In this document: piece by piece, positions 47,021-58,029 of the stretch
Position numbering within the stretch: the stretch's first letter is position 1
Layout of the letters: every line of letters starts with the position of its first letter
Assembly: GCA_964035545.1 (NCBI GenBank)
Contig: OZ037770.1
Coordinates: 12,142,642 to 12,206,641 of the forward strand
Reading direction: 5' to 3'
Length of the DNA: 64,000 nt
DNA from: Bugula neritina
Taxonomy: Eukaryota > Animalia > Bryozoa
Made by a program: the position numbers and the translations under genes
Notes under the pieces: generated by a model
Database searches by the model: none
Told to the model about the DNA's origin: nothing
The model's input: the letters and a program-made list of their open reading frames with translations, nothing else

Positions 47021-48382
47021 TTAGTACTGAAGTGTTTTAGGTAGAACTATAGCTTCACCCCAGTCTGGTAAACCATAGTATCTTAGAAAGTAGTTAGCTT
47101 CATCTATCATCTCTTGTGTTACATTAGTCTTAACGCTTGCCATGACCTTTTTATCAGCATCGGTTCCTTTCTGACTGTCTTCACTCAAGGCTTGATTTAT
47201 TAACCTTTCTCTCTCTGATGTCATCTCTAATCCGGCATGTTCAAATAAGATTTTAAATAACCTCGTTTTGTCTTCTTGTAGATGTTCGTATTTAACTGCC
47301 ACAACTGGTAAGCCTTTAGCCACCACATCTTTGTAATGAAAACACGCTCCTGAGAATTGTATCACAGCATTGATAAAGTCACAGCTTTTTATTATGTTCT
47401 CTTGTTTAAACAGCCACTCCAGATGTTTTGGTTCACTACAGCTAGAGGATAACAGGTTTGATGGGCGTAAATTTGGAAAAAGAAGTGAAAGAATAGGATG
47501 TTTGATGACAGCTAAAGCACATTCTCCATGAAGGAATATACCCTGTGTCATACGAGTTAAAGAGATGGCTTGTTCTTTCACATTCCGATACATGAATATT
47601 CCAATAAACTGTGGAAACAGTTTTGGTATCAAATGAAGATCTGCTTTTGATGCGTATCCATGGGACCTCACAGCAAAAACATTAGCATCTCTTTTATAGG
47701 GCTTTACCAACAACCTAACAGCATTTTTATAGATTTGCTGATATTCATCAGAAGTAATCCATGAACCTTTCTTTTTTTCAAAGTACTTTTCTTTAAAGGC
47801 CATGTCTAGGGAAAACAGACAGTTTGGTTCAGATATTGATACAACATCTGGTAGAGAATTAAAAACCTGAGACATAGCTGTGGATCCACATCTGGCAGTG
47901 TGATAAATCCAAATCACTTTAGCTTTTGGGTCTCCCAACTCTTCACCAAGTTTGATCATGGAGTTTATGGGCAAGATGAGAAGATGTTTAGCTGTTGTTG
48001 GATGTCCTACATTTAAAAATGGCCATTTTCTAACATTTAAAACATCATCACATTCGCCTTGAATACTAAAGATAGCTTCTGTATCAGTTACTGTCATTAA
48101 TGTGATGTGTTTCCGTAGAGCATAAGTTGGATGAACAAAATTTACATGAGTGGACAGGAAGTGATGTCGTAGACTGAAATTGAGGAGTCTTCCAGATGAG
48201 TGAAACCAAACTCTGAGCAGCTGAGCAGATGACTCATAATTCTCTCCATTCCGGCAGCTCCTCAGGTGACTCTGGACTCCTGTCAGCCACCAGGAGATCA
48301 ACTGGCAGCAACGAAACAGCGAGTATATCACCAGGTAGATACAGTGCTTGAAGAACATCAGTGTTATTTCTTTTGTAGCCAT
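47021..48382 (-). CDS. Sulfotransferase-fold protein, copy 2 (453 aa)
   Basis: Same motifs and length as copy 1, in inverted orientation. tag|ctATG acceptor context. Confidence 0.9.
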   Translation of the reverse strand: MATKEITLMFFKHCIYLVIYSLFRCCQLISWWLTGVQSHLRSCRNGENYESSAQLLRVWFHSSGRLLNFSLRHHFLSTHVNFVHPTYALRKHITLMTVTDTEAIFSIQGECDDVLNVRKWPFLNVGHPTTAKHLLILPINSMIKLGEELGDPKAKVIWIYHTARCGSTAMSQVFNSLPDVVSISEPNCLFSLDMAFKEKYFEKKKGSWITSDEYQQIYKNAVRLLVKPYKRDANVFAVRSHGYASKADLHLIPKLFPQFIGIFMYRNVKEQAISLTRMTQGIFLHGECALAVIKHPILSLLFPNLRPSNLLSSSCSEPKHLEWLFKQENIIKSCDFINAVIQFSGACFHYKDVVAKGLPVVAVKYEHLQEDKTRLFKILFEHAGLEMTSERERLINQALSEDSQKGTDADKKVMASVKTNVTQEMIDEANYFLRYYGLPDWGEAIVLPKTLQY

Positions 48383-48620
48383 AGCTATAATAGAATTTAA
48401 CGTTCATTATAATGATAATATAATACTACTTATTTATATAGAAATACATCCAACGTTTATTAATAAATGATTTGACGAAATCAAATTTCCAAATGCAGTT
48501 AAAAAATTAATGTTTAATTAATTGTTGATCTAAATTTTAAACTAAGCTGGTGATTAATCAAAGTCAATCAAGTCAATATTTTGCTTAGATGGAGAAATGA
48601 ATAAATTCATACCTAAAATT

Positions 48621-48810
48621 CCTTACCTCTTTTTTGTTTTATTCTGTTTTCACTGATCTGGAACAATTAGACCACTCGGTCTAAGTAAACGCGCGAGAAA
48701 CAGATCCTTGCAATAAGAGACATAGGGAATTATTCAGAATGGTGTCAAGCAAGTTATCTCAGACTGCAATGAATGTGAGCTAACCTCAATCTGTTGTAGT
48801 TTATAACACA
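48621..48810 (-). promoter_or_regulatory. Putative promoter + 5'-UTR exon of copy 2
   Basis: The reverse complement is homologous to 56120-56298, with donor GAG|GTAAGG at 48626. Confidence 0.5.
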
Positions 48811-49016
48811 TAGATGCTAGCTGCTATATCCATGCTATTCTATGACATCCACTAACAGTTCCACTTAATTAACTATTTTGAAAGGCAAAATACTGACAAC
48901 TGATCACCCACCATTCATCATAGTGTTATGGTGGGTTTTTACAATTTAGAGGTATTGCAAACTTACCGAATGATATAGTTGTTGTGCCCTCCGGTTTAGC
49001 TCAGGGTCAGTATATT

Positions 49017-49134
49017 CACTGCATGGTTTCCATGACTGTGCATTAACTTATATAGTTGCAGTTTTATTCAATGTAACTATTTCCATTAGCCAATGAAAAA
49101 ATCCATTCGCATAATGCATAATGGAAGCGCAGTG
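49017..49134. mobile_element. CACTG-ended MITE
   Basis: CACTGCATGGTTTCCA...TGGAAGCGCAGTG with TSD ATT. The interior is homologous (inverted) to 37511-37620. Confidence 0.65.
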
Positions 49135-50206
49135 ATTGGCACGGGCTGCTTAGCTTGGCTACGAGATAACTCCAGCTTCTGTCAGTCTGCAGTAGGGGGT
49201 AGAATTAGGACCCCTGGTTAAGGTATTCGTCTGGTGGTGTTCCGCAGTCTAGGATCCTGGGTTTTCACTCACTTTAATACACCTTGACTGTTCTTGCTAG
49301 TTCCTTCAGTGACCCTTCTGACTTGAAACACATCTGTCCTGGTCTGGATGGTATTTAGGAGTGCCAATTGGATGTTTCAGTAGCCCCGCCTTCTGCCAAG
49401 CAGCATATCTGGGACATTAGAGATCAGCTGTATAATTGTCAAGGTGTGTAGTCAAGGCAGCAGCTCCATATAATATAGTTATACAAGAGCTGCAACACTG
49501 ATTAGCCAATAATACATATAGCCAAATCATACATGTTACCATTCATATATAAGGAGTGCTGCAGTCCACAACCGTTACCAAAAGATTGTACGCGAGTTAT
49601 TTAAGTATGTCTTGAGTCATTGGGCTTTATGCTGGGTTGTGCATAGATCAATATAGTTATAAATATTCTAAATATGTGTGGCATTAATGTGGTACCAGTT
49701 TCAATAATGTTAATATAAGATATTATTAAATGTATGCAGGCAATGGATTCCTCTACTTGTTAAGTTACTGATCGCAATACCAAGCACCTACCTCAAGAGA
49801 ACAGCTGGTAGTAATGTCTGTGCAGTTATCCCATAGGTGTATGTCACAGTGTATAACATGTATATAACATTAGCATTCAGTTTCTCAGTGAGTTTGACTA
49901 AGAATATGAAGTTAGAAAATTCTGGATATAACAATAGCCTTAAACTTAAGCAGATTAACATCAAAGAGGAATATTATATTGGGTTGGATCATGGGAACAC
50001 AACTTCATGCTGCTAATTTTTTTAATCATCTCTTTCTTAAACAGTCCTGCATTTTTTCACAACTTTAGATAGTTTTACTATGCGTATCTATTTTATTTGT
50101 TTACTAGCTTGGGCAAATAGTTTATAATAAAAAATGTAGATTCCAAAAGTTATCTATATCTGTTGAAAAGCACAAAGATGAAAGCAAAGTCTTTTTGTTT
50201 CTCTGT

Positions 50207-50405
50207 TTATAAACAGTCACTCCAGATGTCTTGGTTCACTACAGTTACAGGGTAACAGATTTGATGGATGTACATTTGGTAAAAGAAATGAAAGAAGGAG
50301 GTTTTTAATGACAGCTATAAAGCACATTCTCTATGAAGAAATATACCCTGTGTCACAGGAGTTAAAGAGATGACCTGTTCCTTCACATTTCGATACATAA
50401 ATATT
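50207..50405 (-). pseudogene. Internal fragment of a sixth sulfotransferase copy
   Basis: Aligns by eye to about 47405-47600 (YRNVKEQ...SEPxHLEW region). Carries a 2-nt insertion (gctataaagcac vs gctaaagcac) and substitutions, and is truncated on both sides. Confidence 0.85.
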
Positions 50406-50964
50406 GTTACAATTACCGCATGAGACATCATTTGTGTCTCAAATTTCCTGAAACTATGTTTTTTTTTAACGCAAAATATTTACTCAAATAATGGCATGGC
50501 TTGTACCCAATTATTTGTAGCATTGAATAATACTGTCTAATGCTTTAATTTATAAACTACTACAACAGATTAAGGTTAACTATACCTTTCATTGCAGTGT
50601 AAGATAACTTGCTTGACATCATTGTGGATAATTTTTTATGTATCTTATTGCAAGGATCTGTTTCGTGTGCTCATATTTAAACTCATTAATCTGACAGTTC
50701 TAGGTCAGTGAAAATAAAGATAAGCAAATATTCATATTCTCAATGAAAATCAGGAAATTTAGATAGCGATGTTTCTCCATTACCACGTACCTAACTGTCC
50801 TAAATAAGATATTATTACTTTATTCAATTGCTAGCCTAAGTTTATACTGTGTTCCCATAACCCCGTTGTGATGGAATTATGGACTTTGGGTTTATTCAAT
50901 TCAAATTTCATATTCTCATCTCGTTGAGGCCATACCCTTATTTCCTAAGTTTCTGAAAAATAAT

Positions 50965-51036
50965 TGCCCGCACTGGGAATTGAACCGAGACCTCTGGCTA
51001 GCAAGCAAGTACGCTAACCATTACACCACAGGGACC
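50965..51036 (-). pseudogene. tRNA-like sequence (pseudo-tRNA or head of a second SINE family)
   Basis: Reverse complement GGTCCCTGTGGTGTAATGGTTAGCGTACTTGCTTGCTAGCCAGAGGTCTCGGTTCAATTCCCAGTGCGGGCA has good A and B boxes but mismatched acceptor and anticodon stems. It lies in a segment absent from the paralogous upstream regions. Confidence 0.6.
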
Positions 51037-51051
51037 ACTGGGTAAACTCTT

Positions 51052-51213
51052 CACTACAGTTTCTATTATCGCAAATGGATTTTTTCCTTCGCCCAATGGA
51101 ACTATAGTTGCATCGAATGAAACCACAACTATGAGGTAATGCAAACCACAAACCAAAATTAATCCGTACAGGCATTCATTCGCATAATGCGCGCATGTCA
51201 TTGAAACGCAGTG
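51052..51213. mobile_element. CACTA/CACTG-ended MITE
   Basis: CACTACAGTTTC...GAAACGCAGTG with an interior homologous to the other copies. No clear TSD. Confidence 0.55.
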
Positions 51214-51444
51214 ATATGGAGATGCAGCCACCCTTGTAAATACAGCAACCTATCCTGAGCTAGCTGACTGGACCTAACCGACAAGAAGTCTTACTGCACC
51301 CAACAGCTATCAGAAACTACTTCTCTGCAAGATCCAATATCAGGTAGACGTACCAAAACGAGAGGAGTCATCTACAAGGTAATTACCATTAAGTATATGC
51401 ATATGATACTGTTATAGTAAACAACTAAGTGCTTAGCTATATTA

Positions 51445-51475
51445 CACTATGTTTCCATGTCATGGAAATGCAGTG
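51445..51475. mobile_element. 31-bp TIR-only derivative of the CACTG MITE
   Basis: CACTATGTTTCCATGTCATGGAAATGCAGTG flanked by TTA on both sides. Confidence 0.55.
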
Positions 51476-51747
51476 TTAGTAGAGTAAAGTCGATACCCCA
51501 ATTTCACGATACAACAAAATCGAATTGATTTGTGGTTGCTTTTTTCATTAACTTGTTGTGGTTGTATTCGATTGACCCCATGCATCAAATGAAAAATCCA
51601 TTCTCGAAGTATGAGTATGCAGTGTATGACAATCAAATAAGGAAACACTATTCTCTTGGCTGCACTTGACAATGTGACTTTTACTCAACCCTCAAAAGTT
51701 GGTTATATTTGATTAAATTATAATGAAGATTTACTTTTATTATAGCT

Positions 51748-53109
51748 ATGGCTAAAAGAGAAATAACACTGATGTTCTTCAAGCACTGCATCTACCTGGT
51801 GATATACTCGCTGTTTCGTTGCTGCCAGTTTATCTCCTGGTGGCTGACAGGAGTTCAGAGTTACCTCAAGAGCTGCCAAAATGGAGAGAATTATGAGTCG
51901 TCTGCTCAGTTACTTAAAGTTTGGTTCAGATCATCTGGAAGGTTTCTTAATTTCAGTCTACGACATCACTTCCTGTCTACTCACGTAAAGTTTGTTCATC
52001 CAACTTATGCTCTACAGAAACACATCACATTAATGACCGTAACTGATACAGAAGCTATCTTTAGTATCTCTGATGAAAGCGAAGATGTATTTAATGTCAG
52101 AAAATGGCCATTTCTGTCTTTAGCTCAACTCCCAACAGCCAAATATCTTCTCATCATGCCTATAAGTTCCATGGTCAAACTTGGTGAAGAGTTGGGAGAC
52201 CCAAAAGCTAAAGTGATATGGATTTATCATGCTGGTAGATGTGGATCCACAGCTATGTCTCAGGTTTTCAATTCTCTACCAGATGCTGTGTCAATATCTG
52301 AACCAAACTGTCTGCTTTCCCTAGACATGGCGTTTAAAGAAAGGTACTTTAAAGAAAAGAACAGCTCATGGATTACTTCTGATGAATATCAACAGATCTA
52401 TAGAAACGCTGTCAGGCTGTTGGTAAAGCCCTACAAAAGAGATGCAAATATTTTTGCTGTGAAGTCTCATGGATATGCATCAAAAGCAGATCTTCATTTG
52501 ATACCAAAACTGTTTCCACAGTTTATTGGAATATTCATGTATCGAAATATGAAAGAACAGGTAATCTCTGTAACTCGTGTGACACAGGGTATATTCCTTC
52601 ATGGAGAATGTGCTTTAGCTGTCATTAAACATCCCATTCTTTCACTTCTTTTACCAAATATGCGTCCATCAAGTTTGCTACACTGTAGCTGTAGTGAACC
52701 AAAACATCTGGAGTGGCTGTTTAAACGGGAGAACATGGTGAAAAGTTGTGACTTCATCAATGCTGTGATACAGTTTGCTGGAACATGCTTCCATTACAAA
52801 GATGTGGTGGCCGAAGATTTACCAGTTGTTGCAGTTAAATACGAGCATCTTCAAGAAGACCAAACAAAGTTTTTTGAAATGATATTCAAACATGTTGAAT
52901 TGGAGATGACATCAGAGAGAAGAAAGTTGATTGACTATGCTCTGAGCGAAGACAGTCAGAAAGGCACCCCAGTTAATAAAAAGGCCATGGCAAGTGTTAA
53001 GACTGAAGTAACACAAGCAATGATAGATGAAGCTAACTACTTTCTAAAACACTATAGTCTACCAGACTGGGGTGAAGATATACTTCTACCTAAAACACTT
53101 GAGTACTGA
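51748..53109 (+). CDS. Sulfotransferase-fold protein, copy 3 (453 aa, divergent active-site motifs)
   Basis: HAGRCGST, VKSH, YRNMKEQVIS, VKYEHL, DSQKGT. No indels relative to the other copies. Confidence 0.9.
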   Translation: MAKREITLMFFKHCIYLVIYSLFRCCQFISWWLTGVQSYLKSCQNGENYESSAQLLKVWFRSSGRFLNFSLRHHFLSTHVKFVHPTYALQKHITLMTVTDTEAIFSISDESEDVFNVRKWPFLSLAQLPTAKYLLIMPISSMVKLGEELGDPKAKVIWIYHAGRCGSTAMSQVFNSLPDAVSISEPNCLLSLDMAFKERYFKEKNSSWITSDEYQQIYRNAVRLLVKPYKRDANIFAVKSHGYASKADLHLIPKLFPQFIGIFMYRNMKEQVISVTRVTQGIFLHGECALAVIKHPILSLLLPNMRPSSLLHCSCSEPKHLEWLFKRENMVKSCDFINAVIQFAGTCFHYKDVVAEDLPVVAVKYEHLQEDQTKFFEMIFKHVELEMTSERRKLIDYALSEDSQKGTPVNKKAMASVKTEVTQAMIDEANYFLKHYSLPDWGEDILLPKTLEY

Positions 53110-54064
53110 TCTGTTGAGGATTTGTATCAGAGTTTAGGACAACATAATTTATCGGGATAAAAAAATAATCCCTCGGAATATAATTAGTTAGTTATCAATT
53201 AGTATGTTGCCATACTATAATACTAATGTACTAACTAAGATACTGATTTGTAAATGGTTTATTCAAACATAAGAGATAGCATAATATATTGTGATAATGG
53301 GGTAATTTCTTTGTTTATTATATAAGTTAGTTGCTAATATACTAAATCTAATATATACCTTCGCAAACTAAAGAAACATGTACAGCCTACACCCTACCGT
53401 ATTTCATTTTTTTGGAGAACATATATCTATATTATACTTATTTTAATATGTGGCTTATTTTCTAGAATTTATATACTTTTTCATATAAAATAACTGTAAT
53501 ATGATAACAATATATTATACTATAATTAATTGTTCGCACATGAAATATTAACTGAAATTAAATCAACTATCACTAGCAGTTCTATACCTTCTCGTCTTAT
53601 CTTCTTTAACTTGGGTTTAGCAGTTTAACACTCTAAAGTTACACACATGCACGCAACAGAATGCATGAGGTATATTATATCAAGGTATTATAGTATAGTC
53701 TTTCAAAAAGAGCAACTTCTGTTTTAGCTGATGGGGATTGCAACTGTTGATGCAGCAGTTTACGAAGTTGCACGTATTCAGATCGCCTGACTAAAGGTAT
53801 TATAATAGAGACCAGATTGGCTGTAGTTGGGTGGTAGTTTGATTTTACTTTATGTAGGCTTATAACTTTTTATACGCACACTTTGTTGTAATGTTGGCCA
53901 GAGCAGCAAATGTCAGCCATTTTTAAAAATGCCTGAGCTCCCTGTACGGTACGTCAGAATCACGCGCGGCTTTGATTCTAAAAGTTGCGTCAGGCTCCTA
54001 TTGGGCAGGGAGACATTTGCGTGAACTCATTGGATATAAAGATCTTTAATGAGGTGTCATAGAT

Positions 54065-54237
54065 AGCAGACTTTGAGAACTTCAGCCTGGATACATTAAA
54101 AACGGCCTAAGTTACGGCATTTGCTCTTATACACACATCCATTATACATGCATAAGCTACAAAACGACGTCCAAACCCTTCTCGCGAACTATGAAATTTC
54201 GTGAGAACTAGAGCCATGAGATATGGAAGAAGCACTG
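54065..54237. mobile_element. Right end of a related Tc1/mariner-type element
   Basis: Ends GAGATATGGAAGAAGCACTG|TA, with an interior similar to 29260-29369. Confidence 0.5.
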
Positions 54238-56119
54238 TAAAATATGAAAATTGAAATCTTCTTTTAGTTTTCCAACAGAATAAACTATTGCAAATTTGGC
54301 TTTTCCTTTCTTTGGCCATTCCTACTCACTCATTATTATTTGACCTACAAAGAAATCAAAACATGTATTTCTATACTACTGCTAAGTGCTAAGTAGCTTA
54401 CAGAATATCATATTACTGTTGAAAAGTTAAAGACACTCTTGCCTATTATATGGCACATTCACTATATAGTTAAGTGTTGAGGAGCATGCAATTGATATTG
54501 TATGTGTTAATGCTATATTTTATGTCAAACATGATGTCAGGAAAAGCACTTGATCATAATGACCTTCATGTGTCACAGTAACAGCCCTCAAGCAAGGTTA
54601 AGCCATGGGCCCAGCCCTTAGTACCCTTAAAAAGGCTGTCATAGGACCTAAAAGCCAAGGCGAGTTTTGGTTTACAGTAATGGAGACAGACAGAGGGTAG
54701 ACAACTGCTGAATTATATTCAAAGTAGGTAGGAATTGCCTCCTTCTGTTAGTTACTCACCAAACTTAAACCCGTTCATCCTAAAGTGAGCAATGAGCAGT
54801 TTGATTGCTATATATATACACACCATGTTGAAAAATGGCTCCTCTGATTTCTCGTACTTTCTACCTTCTAAACTTCTCCATAGTCTTTCGAGAAGTACCG
54901 ACCTCGCCATATTATAAATATTCTAGTAGATGGATGTTGATACAAGTCAAGATGCTGCTTCTTATGAAAACAATTGAATAAACTAAATGTTTCTATTGTG
55001 TTGATTTCCTTTGTCGTTCTTAAGGTGAAATATGAATTGCATTGTTGAAATAATATTGTTTTCAAAATCATATTTATTCAATATTATTATTACATTAAGT
55101 TGTGCACTAACATAATATACTAATTCTAATAATAGTGCTGAGCTTATACAATTTTTTTGAGTTATATCAATTATTATTTTTCTAATCTTATATTAAATAA
55201 GTTGATATCTCTTTTGCATAAATAAAACTAGAATTTATATTGCATATTATATCTATACATCTAACATAGTTACAAAAACTTGTGCATTTATTCACTTTTG
55301 AAAATAAAATTCTTTCTTTTAAATAATATGCTATAGAATATATTATTTTGTAGTTTTTCTGACATCAAGACACATAAAGTATATGAGTGCATATTTTATC
55401 TTGACATGGCTTTTGCATTAGCAAGAAAACCTATTACACTATATAATATCAATAAAGAAGATAACAGCTATTCAAGAGTTTGCAATAGAATGATTTATTT
55501 TTATTCTAGTAATCTCTGTGGACAAGAGTAAAATAATGTAGATTAAAGGGAAGCAGCTAAAATTTTATGAATGAGAGGTTTACACTTTAGCTTGACATAA
55601 TGTTATACATTTTGACAATATACTATATTATTATGGACACATTAAATGAAACTCTAAACAATTACAATTAAACAAACTACTTGTTTACTGAATTCTAGAC
55701 AGTTGATTCTACAACAGCTTTTACAAAAGTCAAAGACTTTAACCTTTCATTTTATTACTTATAAAGAAGTCTTTCTTCAAAAAATTCCTACATCTCTGCT
55801 TTTTCACACCTTTTTCAAATCCAAAATTTTTAGCATAAATTATTTGTCAAAACTATATCAAACAAATAAGCAAAATATGCATATTTATATAAAATTATAT
55901 AGTATAAATAATTTATAAAATAGAGTTATCTCCTTCCTTCTAAAAATCTCTCCCACAACTGTTTCAAAATTCAGTGGTGTAGAGTTGTGTTCTCCACATT
56001 CAACTTCCCACAGCTTTTCAATACACTTGAGTTCGCCTTTTAGTTGTGGTTAGTTTTGACTTTTCAAAATACTTAATCAAGCGACCTGTCATTGGATAGA
56101 GATAGGAGGCAGTGTCCAT

Positions 56120-56298
56120 GTGTTATAAACTACTACAACAGATTTAAGGTTAACTACCATTCATTGCAGTGAAAGATAACTTGCTCGACATCGTTCTAAA
56201 TAAGCCCCCTATGTATCTTATTGCAAGTGGCTGTTTCGCATGCTCGTATTTAAACTCATCAATCTGACAGTACCAGGTCAGTGAAAATAAAGGTAAGC
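56120..56298 (+). promoter_or_regulatory. Putative promoter + non-coding 5'-UTR exon of copy 4
   Basis: TATA-like ttataaa at about 56123, an Inr-like tcatt about 35 nt downstream, donor AAG|GTAAGC at 56293, and an acceptor just before the ATG. The block recurs upstream of copies 2 (inverted), 3 and 5. Confidence 0.55.
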
Positions 56299-56667
56299 AA
56301 ATATTCATATTCTCAATAAAAATTAGGAAATTTAGATAGTGATGTTTCTCCATTACCCACCTAACTGTCCTAAATCAGTAAATGAGCTGTTGTTACTTTA
56401 TTCAATCGCTAGCCTAAGTTTATCCTGTGTTCCCATAAGATCGGATGGATTTTTGGTTAATTTTTCATTAACTTATTGTGGTTTTATTCGATTGACCCCA
56501 TGCATCAAATAAAAAATCCATTCTCGAAGTATGAGTATGCAGTGTATGACAATCAAATAAGGAAACACTATTTTCTTAGCCATATTTGACAATGTGACTT
56601 TTACTCAACCCTCAACAGTTGGTTGCATTTGATTAAATTATGACGAAAATTTACTTTTAATATAGCT

Positions 56668-58029
56668 ATGGCTACACGAGAAATAACACTGATGTTCTTC
56701 AAGCACTGCATCTACCTGGTAATATACTCTCTGTTTCGTTGCTGCCAGTTGGTCTCCTGGTGGCTGACAGGAGTTCAGAGTCACTTGAAGAGCTGCCGAA
56801 ATAGAGAGAGTTTTGAGTCGTCTGCTCAGTTACTTAAAGTTTGGTTTCATTCATCTGGAAGACTCCTTAATTTCAGTCTACGGCATCACTTCCTGTCCAC
56901 TCATGTAAACTTTGTTCATCCAACTTATGCTTTACAGAAACCTATTACATTAATGACAGTAACTGATACAGAAGCTATCTTTAGTATTCAAGGTGAATGT
57001 GATGATGTTTTAAATGTTAGAAAATGGCCATTTTTAAATGTAGGACATCCAACAACAGCTAAAAATCTTCTCATCATGCCCATAAACTCCATGATCAAAC
57101 TTGGTGAAGAGTTGGGAGACCCAAAAGCTAAAGTGATTTGGATTTACCACACTGCAAGATGTGGATCTACAGCTATGTCTCAGGTTTTCAATTCTCTGCC
57201 AGATGTTGTGTCAATATCTGAACCAAACTGTCTGTTTTCCTTAGACAAGGCGTTTAAAGAAAAATACTTTAAAGTGAAGAAAGGTGCATGGATTACGTCT
57301 GCTAAGTATCAACAGATCTATAGAAACGCTGTCAGGCTGTTGGTAAAGCCATATAAAAGAGATGCTAATGTTGTTGCTGTGAGGTCCCATGGATATGCAA
57401 CAAAAGCAGATCTTCATTTGATACCAAAACTCTTTCCACAGTTTATTGGAATATTCATGTATCGAAATGTAAAAGAACAAGCCATCTCTTTAACTCGTGT
57501 GACACAGGGTATATTTCTTCATGGAGAATGTGCTTTAGCTGTCATTAAAAACCCCATTCTTTCACTTCTTTTTCCAAATTTACGCCCATCAAACCTGTTA
57601 TCCTGTAGCTGTAGTGAACCAAGACATCTTGAGTGGCTGTTTAAACGAGAGAACATAATAAAAAACTGTGACTTCACCAATGCTGTGATACAATTCTCTG
57701 AAGCGTGTTTCCATTACAAAGATGTGGTGGCTGAAGGTCTACCAGTTGTGGCAGCTAAATACGAACATTTCCAAAAAGACCAAATGAAGTTTTTTGAGAT
57801 GATATTCAATCATGTAGGATTAGAAATGACATCAGAGAGAAGAAAGTTGGTTGACTATGCTCTGAGTGAAGACAGTCAGAAGGGTACCCCGGCTGATAAG
57901 AAACTCTTTGCTGACGTTAAGACTGAAGTAACACAAGCAATGATAGATGAAGCAAATTACTTTCTAAGATACTATGGTCTACCGGACTGGGCTGAAGATA
58001 TACTTCTACCTAAAACACTTGAGTACTAA
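56668..58029 (+). CDS. Sulfotransferase-fold protein, copy 4 (453 aa)
   Basis: Same motifs. First member of the tandem pair with a 4228-bp offset. Confidence 0.9.
   Translation: MATREITLMFFKHCIYLVIYSLFRCCQLVSWWLTGVQSHLKSCRNRESFESSAQLLKVWFHSSGRLLNFSLRHHFLSTHVNFVHPTYALQKPITLMTVTDTEAIFSIQGECDDVLNVRKWPFLNVGHPTTAKNLLIMPINSMIKLGEELGDPKAKVIWIYHTARCGSTAMSQVFNSLPDVVSISEPNCLFSLDKAFKEKYFKVKKGAWITSAKYQQIYRNAVRLLVKPYKRDANVVAVRSHGYATKADLHLIPKLFPQFIGIFMYRNVKEQAISLTRVTQGIFLHGECALAVIKNPILSLLFPNLRPSNLLSCSCSEPRHLEWLFKRENIIKNCDFTNAVIQFSEACFHYKDVVAEGLPVVAAKYEHFQKDQMKFFEMIFNHVGLEMTSERRKLVDYALSEDSQKGTPADKKLFADVKTEVTQAMIDEANYFLRYYGLPDWAEDILLPKTLEY

Noticed and set aside
49200-49440. Possible degraded non-LTR retrotransposon fragment (PSAKQHIWD-like translation)
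   Set aside because: Too short and interrupted to support without a database search.
50965-51036. Functional tRNA gene
   Set aside because: The acceptor and anticodon stems are mismatched and the anticodon loop is irregular, so it is treated as a pseudo-tRNA/SINE head.
56150-56353. 67-aa minus-strand ORF repeated identically at 60378-60581
   Set aside because: The identity comes from the tandem duplication. It is antisense to the putative promoter/UTR exon, and the homologous blocks near copies 2 and 3 do not preserve it.
57241-57480. 79-aa antisense ORFs inside copies 4 and 5 (also 61469-61708), and the alternate-frame ORF at 36455-36640
   Set aside because: Shadow ORFs of the sulfotransferase CDS, not reported in all copies.
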